Of a stretch of DNA of 64,000 nt, positions 57,526-64,000 are shown one piece after another. Every line of letters begins with the position of its first letter. Position 1 is the stretch's first letter. Made by a program: the position numbers and the translations under genes. The notes beneath the pieces were generated by a model. It ran no database searches. It worked only from the letters and a program-made list of their open reading frames with translations, and was not told where the DNA came from. This DNA comes from Candidatus Latescibacterota bacterium (lineage in GTDB: Bacteria > Latescibacterota > UBA2968 > UBA8231), in assembly GCA_965215195.1 (NCBI GenBank), contig CBDCDC010000002.1, positions 2,816,001 to 2,880,000 on the forward strand, in the 5' to 3' direction.

Positions 57526-58520
57526 TGTTCCGCATCGGCCCGATAACCGCTGATCCCGGCATCCTGCTAGCGCCCATGGAGGACGTGTCACAGCTACCCT
57601 TCCGCCTGATTTGCCGCGAACTGGGTGCCGATATCGCGTACACTGAATTCGTCAATGCCGAGGGTCTGTTGCGCGAGGACCCCAACGGGCCGCGCCGCGC
57701 TTTTCGCAAGCTGCGCTTTTCAGAGGCCGAGCGGCCCTTGGCGGTCCAGCTCTACGGCGCGGCCTCCCTGTCTATGGAGAAGGCCACCGAGATCGCCAGC
57801 GCACAGAATCCAGACTTCATCGACATCAACTGCGGCTGCTGGGTGAGCAATGTGGCGCTGCGCGGGGCCGGGGCCGGGCTGTTGCGCGACTTGCCGCAGA
57901 TGAAGGCGGTCGTCTCGCGCGTCATCGGCGCGACGCACCTGCCGGTGACCGTGAAGACGCGCCTCGGCTGGGACCAGCAGAGCATCCGCATCGTCGAGGT
58001 AGCCCAGATGCTCGAAGATCTGGGCGTGCAGGCGCTGGCCATTCACTGCCGCACCCGCGCACAAGGCCACAAGGGCGCGGTGGCCTACGAGTGGATACCC
58101 AAGGTCAAGGCCGCGGTCTCCATGCCGATCATTCTCAACGGCGACGTGACCTCGCCGCAGGCGGTCAAACGCGCCTTCGACAGCACGGGGTGCGACGGGG
58201 TGATGATCGGTCGCGGCGCCATCCGCCACCCGTGGATTTTCCGCGAATCCCAGCACTACCTAAAGACGGGTGCGCTCTTGCCCGAACCAAGCTGGCAGGA
58301 GCGCGCCGAGCTGTGCCTCAAGCACCTGCGACTGGCCGTTGAGCACGGCGGCCCGCAAGAGGCGCTGGTCGGCATGCGGCGTCACTACGCCGGGTACTTC
58401 CGCGGTTTGCGCGGTGCGGCGCGGCTCAGAGCCGAGCTAGCCAGCTACAAGGAGCTAGCCCCCTTGTTGGTGCGCCTCGCGGAACTGCGCGATACCGATC
58501 CAGAGCGCCTCGCCGCCTAA
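57525..58520 (+). CDS. dusB: tRNA-dihydrouridine synthase B
   Basis: LAPMEDV, TEF, QLYG, DINCGC, TVKTRLGW, HCRT, NGDV, GVMIGRGA..PWIF. Confidence 0.92.
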   Translation: MFRIGPITADPGILLAPMEDVSQLPFRLICRELGADIAYTEFVNAEGLLREDPNGPRRAFRKLRFSEAERPLAVQLYGAASLSMEKATEIASAQNPDFIDINCGCWVSNVALRGAGAGLLRDLPQMKAVVSRVIGATHLPVTVKTRLGWDQQSIRIVEVAQMLEDLGVQALAIHCRTRAQGHKGAVAYEWIPKVKAAVSMPIILNGDVTSPQAVKRAFDSTGCDGVMIGRGAIRHPWIFRESQHYLKTGALLPEPSWQERAELCLKHLRLAVEHGGPQEALVGMRRHYAGYFRGLRGAARLRAELASYKELAPLLVRLAELRDTDPERLAA

Positions 58521-58653
58521 TCCCCGTCCCTTTGTCGCTTCCGCTGGACTGGTCCGATTCCCGTTTGATACCCCCCAACATGTGGACGGAGTATCTCGTA
58601 GCTTTCGCCGGATTGGTCTGGTCCTGTTGGTGCAAGATACATTAAATTTTTCT

Positions 58654-58677
58654 ATTGATTACATAGCAATAATCAAT
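58654..58677. promoter_or_regulatory. Inverted-repeat operator candidate upstream of ino1
   Basis: ATTGATTA-N8-TAATCAAT in an AT-rich intergenic stretch. Confidence 0.45.
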
Positions 58678-58753
58678 TTGCTCAATGAATAGGACCCTCT
58701 AATTTTATCTTGAGGAAAGCGACACAACTCTTTTAATGCAAAAGGAGACTCCT

Positions 58754-60067
58754 GTGAACCAACCCAAATCCATCTCCCCGGCCACGGGCAAACTCGGCGT
58801 CCTAATTCCCGGCATGGGCGCTGTGGCCACTACGGTTATCGCCGGCGTCGAAGCCATCAAAGCCGGCATTGGCCAGCCCATCGGCTCGCTGACCCAGATG
58901 GGCACCATCCGCCTCGGCAAGCGCACCGAAGGACGCTCGCCGCTCATCAAGGACTTCGTGCCTCTGGCCGCTCTCGACAGCCTAGTCTTCGGCGGCTGGG
59001 ACGTCTTTTCAGAGGACGCCTATGACTCGGCTGTCCACGCCGGCGTCTTGGACAAGGGGCTGCTCAACCAGCTAGCGGACCCGCTCAAGGCCGTCAAGCC
59101 GATGCCGGCGGTTTTTGACCGCAACTACGTGCGCCGCCTCGAAGGCTCTAACGTCAAAAGTGCCAAGAGCAAGTGGGATGCCGTGCTCGAAGTGCGCGAA
59201 GACATCCAGCGCTTCAAGGCCGACAACCGCGTTGAGCGGCTGGTGATGATCTGGTGCGGCAGCACCGAGATTTTCATGCAGCACCACGAAGTACACGACT
59301 CGATCGAGAGCCTCGAAAAAGCCATCCGGGAAAACCACCCGGCCATCCCCCCGAGCATGATCTACGCGTACGCCGCGCTGCGGGAAGGGGTGCCCTTTCT
59401 AAACGGTGCGCCGAACTTGACCGTGGACGTCCCGGCCATGGTCGAATTGGCGCGGCAAAAGGGCGTGCCCATCGGCGGCAAGGACTTCAAGACCGGCCAG
59501 ACCATGATGAAGACCCTTTTAGCCCCGGGCCTCAAGGCGCGGATGCTCGGTGTGCAGGGCTGGTTTTCGACCAACATCTTGGGTAATCGCGACGGCGAGG
59601 TGCTTGACGACCCGGATTCGTTCAAGACCAAGGAAGTCAGCAAGCTTGACGTGCTGGAGTTCATCTTGCAGCCCAACCTCTACCCCCAGCTCTACGGCGA
59701 CATTTACCACAAAGTGCGGATCAACTACTATCCTCCGCGCGGCGACGAAAAGGAGGGCTGGGACAACATCGACATCTTCGGCTGGCTGGGCATGCCCATG
59801 CAGATCAAGGTCGATTTCCTGTGCCGCGATTCAATCCTCGCCGCGCCGCTGGTCTTGGACTTGGTGCTGTTTGCCGACTTGGCCCAGCGAGCGCAGATGG
59901 CGGGGATCCAAGAGTGGCTCTCGTTTTACTTCAAAAGCCCGATGACCGCGCCCGACCTCTACCCCGAACACGACCTTTTTATTCAGCTAATGAAGCTCAA
60001 GAACACGCTGCGCTTCTTGCAGGGCGAAGACCTAATTACCCACTTGGGTCAAGAATACTACGACTAG
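58754..60067 (+). CDS. ino1: myo-Inositol-1-phosphate synthase
   Basis: FGGWD, STE, NGAPN, GKDFKTGQT, NILGNRDG, KEGWD, CRDSILAAPL.LDL, FYFKSP. Confidence 0.93.
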   Translation: MNQPKSISPATGKLGVLIPGMGAVATTVIAGVEAIKAGIGQPIGSLTQMGTIRLGKRTEGRSPLIKDFVPLAALDSLVFGGWDVFSEDAYDSAVHAGVLDKGLLNQLADPLKAVKPMPAVFDRNYVRRLEGSNVKSAKSKWDAVLEVREDIQRFKADNRVERLVMIWCGSTEIFMQHHEVHDSIESLEKAIRENHPAIPPSMIYAYAALREGVPFLNGAPNLTVDVPAMVELARQKGVPIGGKDFKTGQTMMKTLLAPGLKARMLGVQGWFSTNILGNRDGEVLDDPDSFKTKEVSKLDVLEFILQPNLYPQLYGDIYHKVRINYYPPRGDEKEGWDNIDIFGWLGMPMQIKVDFLCRDSILAAPLVLDLVLFADLAQRAQMAGIQEWLSFYFKSPMTAPDLYPEHDLFIQLMKLKNTLRFLQGEDLITHLGQEYYD

Positions 60068-60400
60068 GTGCTTGGGCGATAAGTAGGTGAGTACTACGCT
60101 GGGTTGGTGGCTGCTCACGACAAGCAGTGCGTAACGAGCCATTCTGAGAGACACCTCCACGCTTTACGTAATTCTCGCTGCCGAGCATTCGCGGGCTGTC
60201 GCTGAGCGGCAACGGTAATCCTGTGCGTAAACATCGATGTGCAGCCTCAAGAAATAGACCAATTGAATGAAGAGGAAGACTTGCTCGCTCTATTGAGCGC
60301 GTGCGCCAAGTCGGTCTATCGGTTTTCGGGTGATGTACAGTTCTTTGAAGGTGATGGCTTGCCATTTTGATGACCGTGAACGCCCCAGAGTTGACGGAAA

Positions 60401-60457
60401 AATGAGTTTATTCCCGTTGTGGAACCGGCGGAAGAGGGAGGGTATTTCGTCTAATGT
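60401..60457 (+). pseudogene. HicB-like antitoxin fragment
   Basis: NEFIPVVEPAEEGGYFV*C resembles the HicB N-terminus, with an in-frame stop. Confidence 0.4.
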
Positions 60458-60511
60458 CGATTCCGCTCGAGTCGTCGCTATACTTCGGTTGCTACAATCA
60501 GCGGGTTGATC

Positions 60512-61199
60512 ATGGATGCATTCGTATTTGAGGAAATGCTATCGGAGCTGTGTCAGCACCTAACATCCGAGGCGCAACAAGGCGCGACGTATGAGCGAGC
60601 CAGCGACTTCGAGGATAGGGTAAGGCTTGAGCTTGCGTCAATGCCCCAACTAGAGGCGGTGTCAATAGACTTCTCTCCCCATCCTCACCAATTCCCGGAT
60701 ATCATACTCGGCGCGTACGGCATAGAAGTAAAGTTCACAAAAGGCGATAGCTGGCGAAGCGTCGCCAACAGTGTCTTTGAAAGCACTCGTGATTCCTCGG
60801 TGACGAACATTTATGTGGTGTACGGGAAGATCGGCGGCCAACCTGAAGTTAAATGGGAAAAGTACGATGAGTGCGTCATCCATGTCCGCACATCTCACGT
60901 ACCGCGTTTCGAGATCGAAATAGGCAGTGACCGATCTCTGTTCGCTACAATGGGAATCTCGTATGCCGAGTTTCGCGCACTTTCGACCGAAGACCGGATG
61001 ATTCAAATTCGCAAGTATGCACGGAGTCGGCTGCGTCCTAACGAGCGGCTATGGTGGCTAGAAGAGTCTCGAACCGGCTTTGTTCAAAGAGTACTGGGGA
61101 TGTGTGGTTGCGCCTGAGCAGAGAATTTGCAAATGGCTAGAGCTAGCCGATGGCTATGCTCAGGATTGGATCCCATCGGAAGAACTATTCGGAGCCTGA
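60512..61199 (+). pseudogene. Type II PD-(D/E)XK restriction endonuclease, probably frameshifted or internally deleted
   Basis: FPDI...GIEVK motif; the ORF ends at 61117, but a +1 frame from about 61068 reads LEPALFKEYWG...WLELAD..A.DWIPSEELF* to 61199. Confidence 0.6.
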
Positions 61200-62413
61200 T
61201 CTGTTTGTTTGCTAGGGCTTCGCCGGAAGCACCTGAGCACACTACATGCGACATGCCAAGCGAATACAGGAGGCACCGCATTGCCCACTTGTCGCTCGGT
61301 CTCCCTGAGACCTGACTGGAAGATAAAGCTATCGGGGAACGATTGTATCCGCGCAGCCTCCCTCATGGAAATGCGTCTCGGCAGCGAATAATGGAACTGA
61401 ATATTCCCGTGACACTCAGCGCGAATCGTGTGGGCCGGCCTGTAGGCGGTAAGCCTACGGTTGCCCTGCTCTGGGCTAGGGTTTGCCCGGCTCCATATGT
61501 GGTTCAATTTGCGATTCTCTTGGACGGTTTCCAGATCGCCAATTGCCTCCTCGGCGGTTATCCACTCAGAGGGACTTCGTTCAGGTTCTGGAGGCGTGAA
61601 AGGGTCCACCTCACTGGAGGTACCTACGATAATGACTCTCTCTCGCATCTGAGGTACACCATAGTCGGCCACCCGATACAACTTGTAGCCGACTGCGTAG
61701 CCTAGACTGCCGAAGTCAGAAAGTACTTGGGCTAGTGCTTCTCGATTGTCCCCTATGAGGAGGCCCTTGACGTTCTCTGCGACAAAGACTCTTGGCCTGA
61801 TTCGTTTCACGCCCTCCACCATTGCCCGGTAAAGACCCGTCCGGGGGCCGTTAATGCCAGCCCTCTTGCCGTTAATGGAAATATCTTGGCAGGGAAATCC
61901 ACCAATCAGCACATCTGCTTCATTCGGCAGTTTATCAATAAAATCCCATACATCGCCACACGCGATGTCGTGCCCCAAGTTGTGTGTGTAGGTCTTGCAG
62001 GCGGCTCTGTTGTTGTCGTTGGACCAGGTTATCGAAAATGGAAGCTGTGGGTAGCTTCGGCCCATGAACTCAAAGCCACCAGTGAAGCCAAGATCCATAC
62101 CTCCACAACCTGAGAACATAGATACTACAGTGAGAGATTTCTTCAGACTAAGCTGAGGCACTCGGTCAAGAAGATGAGAGCCACGTCTAGGAATTTGCTC
62201 TAGATCAGGTGCGGTTTTGTACTGTGCACCTGCATCACGACTGTTGTAATTGAAGAGAGAAAGTTGGCGTCTTTCTGCGCAATATTTCGCTGCTGACCTG
62301 ATGAACCAATCCTTGAGAGTACTGCCAGATAACGCGAGAGCCGAATATAGCTCTCGCTTCTGTTCTGGATCGATCTCGATCACTATTCTCCCAGAGGGTG
62401 TTGGATTTGCCAT
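61160..62413 (-). CDS. DNA (cytosine-5)-methyltransferase with N-terminal putative DNA-binding module
   Basis: FSGCGG, GGFPCQ, ENVKG, YGVPQ.RER, REAARIQSFPD, QVGNAVP; N-terminal SGRIVIEIDPEQKRELYSAL...LKDWF. Confidence 0.92.
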   Translation of the reverse strand: MANPTPSGRIVIEIDPEQKRELYSALALSGSTLKDWFIRSAAKYCAERRQLSLFNYNSRDAGAQYKTAPDLEQIPRRGSHLLDRVPQLSLKKSLTVVSMFSGCGGMDLGFTGGFEFMGRSYPQLPFSITWSNDNNRAACKTYTHNLGHDIACGDVWDFIDKLPNEADVLIGGFPCQDISINGKRAGINGPRTGLYRAMVEGVKRIRPRVFVAENVKGLLIGDNREALAQVLSDFGSLGYAVGYKLYRVADYGVPQMRERVIIVGTSSEVDPFTPPEPERSPSEWITAEEAIGDLETVQENRKLNHIWSRANPSPEQGNRRLTAYRPAHTIRAECHGNIQFHYSLPRRISMREAARIQSFPDSFIFQSGLRETERQVGNAVPPVFAWHVACSVLRCFRRSPSKQTDQAPNSSSDGIQS

Positions 62414-62428
62414 AGGCGTATATTAGTA

Positions 62429-62442
62429 AGGTAACATTACCT
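62429..62442. promoter_or_regulatory. Palindromic operator candidate upstream of the MTase
   Basis: AGGTAA-CA-TTACCT, 15 bp upstream of the ATG. Confidence 0.45.
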
Positions 62443-62513
62443 GAGCAAGTTAAATTTGCGCCTATTGCGCGGTTTCTCAAATTAGGGGATGCGAGAAAGT
62501 ACTACGACTAGCT

Positions 62514-63281
62514 TTACCAGAGCGTGTACCCGCCATCGACGACCAAGTCGTGGCCGGTCGCGTAGGCCGAGGCATCCGAAGCGAGGAAGACGACGGCACC
62601 CTGATAGTCGGCAGGGACGCCCAAGCGGCCCATTGGGGTGTTGGCGAGCCAAGCATTTCTCGTCTCGTCTCCGGCGTGGGCGGTCATGGGGGTGAGCGTG
62701 TGGCCGGGGCTGATGGAATTGACGCGGACGCCGCGTGCGGCCCACTCTGCGGCGCACACTCTAGTTAGCTGGTAGGCCCCGGCCTTGGCGGCGTTGTAGT
62801 GGCCGTGCAGTTGGGGGCGGTTGACGATGTGGGACGAGATTGAGACGACGTTGATGATCGAGCCGGAGCCTCGCTGTAGCATGGCGCGGCCCTCGGCCTG
62901 ACAGCAGAGGAAAACGGCCTTGAGGTCGAGGTCGAGGACCCGGTCCCAATCGGCTTCGCTGATGTCCTCGATGGGACCGCGCAAGGCAATGCCGGCGCTG
63001 TTGACGCCGATGTCCAGCCGATCCCAGGCGGCGAGGACGGTATGGACCATGTTTTCGACTTGGTCCTTGGCGGTAACATCCGCGGCAAGGGCTAGGGTCT
63101 GGCGACCGAGGTTTTCAATCCGAGAACAGGTGTCAGCGGCACCAGCGGAGTTGATGTCGGCAATGGCCACGTCCGCTCCGGCCTCGGCGAGGGCGAGGGC
63201 GAGGGCCTGCCCAATGCCAGAGCCGCCGCCGGTGACCAGAGCTTTGCGGTCGCGGAGGGAGAAGCGGTCGAGGATGCTCAT
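62514..63281 (-). CDS. Short-chain dehydrogenase/reductase
   Basis: TGGGSGIG, NSAG, YNAAK, RVNSISPG, TG..L.VDGG. Confidence 0.93.
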   Translation of the reverse strand: MSILDRFSLRDRKALVTGGGSGIGQALALALAEAGADVAIADINSAGAADTCSRIENLGRQTLALAADVTAKDQVENMVHTVLAAWDRLDIGVNSAGIALRGPIEDISEADWDRVLDLDLKAVFLCCQAEGRAMLQRGSGSIINVVSISSHIVNRPQLHGHYNAAKAGAYQLTRVCAAEWAARGVRVNSISPGHTLTPMTAHAGDETRNAWLANTPMGRLGVPADYQGAVVFLASDASAYATGHDLVVDGGYTLW

Positions 63282-63348
63282 GTGATCAGCACTTCGCAGC
63301 CCGTAATCGTCGGTAGGGGAGCCTGTTTCCATCCATTGAGGGGTATCT

Positions 63349-63765
63349 TCAGCGCTGGACGAGTTCGATGAGGATCCCGTCGGGGTCCAATGCACAGACG
63401 ACGCCCGGCGTATCCGGGGCGGCCATCGGCTCGGACAGAAATTCCACGCCTTTAGCCTTCAGCACGGCGCACTCCGCCTGCACGTCGGGGACGAAGAAGG
63501 TGAGCCAGCGCACCCCGGCGGCAAATTGGGCGGTCCGCGGCGGCGGCGGCGCGGCGATCTCCATTAGCTTAATCAGCGTCTCTCCCGCCTGCAGGCGCAC
63601 CTGTCTGAAGCCTTGCGGTGCCAGCCCGATCCCCGTCGCTAGGTCTGCGGGGATGTCGATGTCGAGCGCCACTGCGAATCCCAGTTTGTCTCGGTAGAAC
63701 TTCAACGATTCTTCAAAGTTGCTGCACACTATGCACAGGTCGACGACCGGATGTGAGAGCTTCAT
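63349..63765 (-). CDS. VOC/glyoxalase family protein
   Basis: S..FYRD.LGF, GVEFLSEP, DPDG.LIELVQ; AAGGAGG RBS. Confidence 0.9.
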   Translation of the reverse strand: MKLSHPVVDLCIVCSNFEESLKFYRDKLGFAVALDIDIPADLATGIGLAPQGFRQVRLQAGETLIKLMEIAAPPPPRTAQFAAGVRWLTFFVPDVQAECAVLKAKGVEFLSEPMAAPDTPGVVCALDPDGILIELVQR

Positions 63766-63889
63766 TTATTACCTCCTTTAGGTAAGGGTACTGGGAGCGA
63801 TGTACGCAGACCGCCGGAGCAACCGATGCGTCCTAGCCATCTGTTCGGAGTAGGGGGTTGGTCGAGCGATTTAGGCAGGTTGCCGCAAA

Positions 63890-64000
63890 CTAATCCACAT
63901 CCACATCGAGGATATAGCGCGCTGCCGGCGAGATGCGCTTCCAAGTCTCGTAGCGCAGGTACTCGCGCTGATTGAGCTGCTGGCCGTGCTCGCGGGCGGT
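63890..64000 (-). CDS. Partial CDS (3' end), product unknown
   Basis: Open from the window edge: TAREHGQQLNQREYLRYETWKRISPAARYILDVDVD*. Confidence 0.5.
   Translation of the reverse strand, partial: TAREHGQQLNQREYLRYETWKRISPAARYILDVDVD

Larger units (their letters stand above)
60056..62511. mobile_element. RM-bearing islet bounded by 12-bp direct repeats (att-like)
   Basis: TACTACGACTAG at 60056-60067 (ino1 Tyr-Tyr-Asp-stop) and at 62500-62511; the interior is more AT-rich. Confidence 0.7.

Noticed and set aside
58654-58677. FNR box
   Set aside because: The TTGAT and ATCAA half-sites are separated by 12 bp rather than 4.

Overview
GC-rich bacterial chromosomal window. It carries housekeeping genes (topB, tag, comM-like, rfbA, oadG/B/A, birA, phoX, recQ, ftsY, queG, rseP, cdsA, uppS, ygfA, dusB, ino1) and many catabolic genes (PhyH-family dioxygenases, enolase-superfamily, SDR, Gfo/Idh/MocA). 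Small, more AT-rich accessory inserts are scattered between them. The most notable insert is a type III restriction-modification locus in res->mod order whose two subunits are separated by a translationally coupled TIR-domain gene and a small multi-pass membrane gene; this is a candidate Thoeris-like or RM-guard anti-phage module. Other accessory features: an intact three-gene cassette ending in an ADP-ribosyltransferase-like protein, a ClpP-like protease with a small partner, a type IIG-like RM fusion, a type II RM islet bounded by a 12-bp duplication of the ino1 3' end, and two MITE families built from REP-like hairpins. At least five loci have a wrecked toxin or nuclease gene, usually beside an intact antitoxin or methylase. 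No rRNA, tRNA or CRISPR array was recognised. All family assignments come from motif recognition by eye, not database searches.
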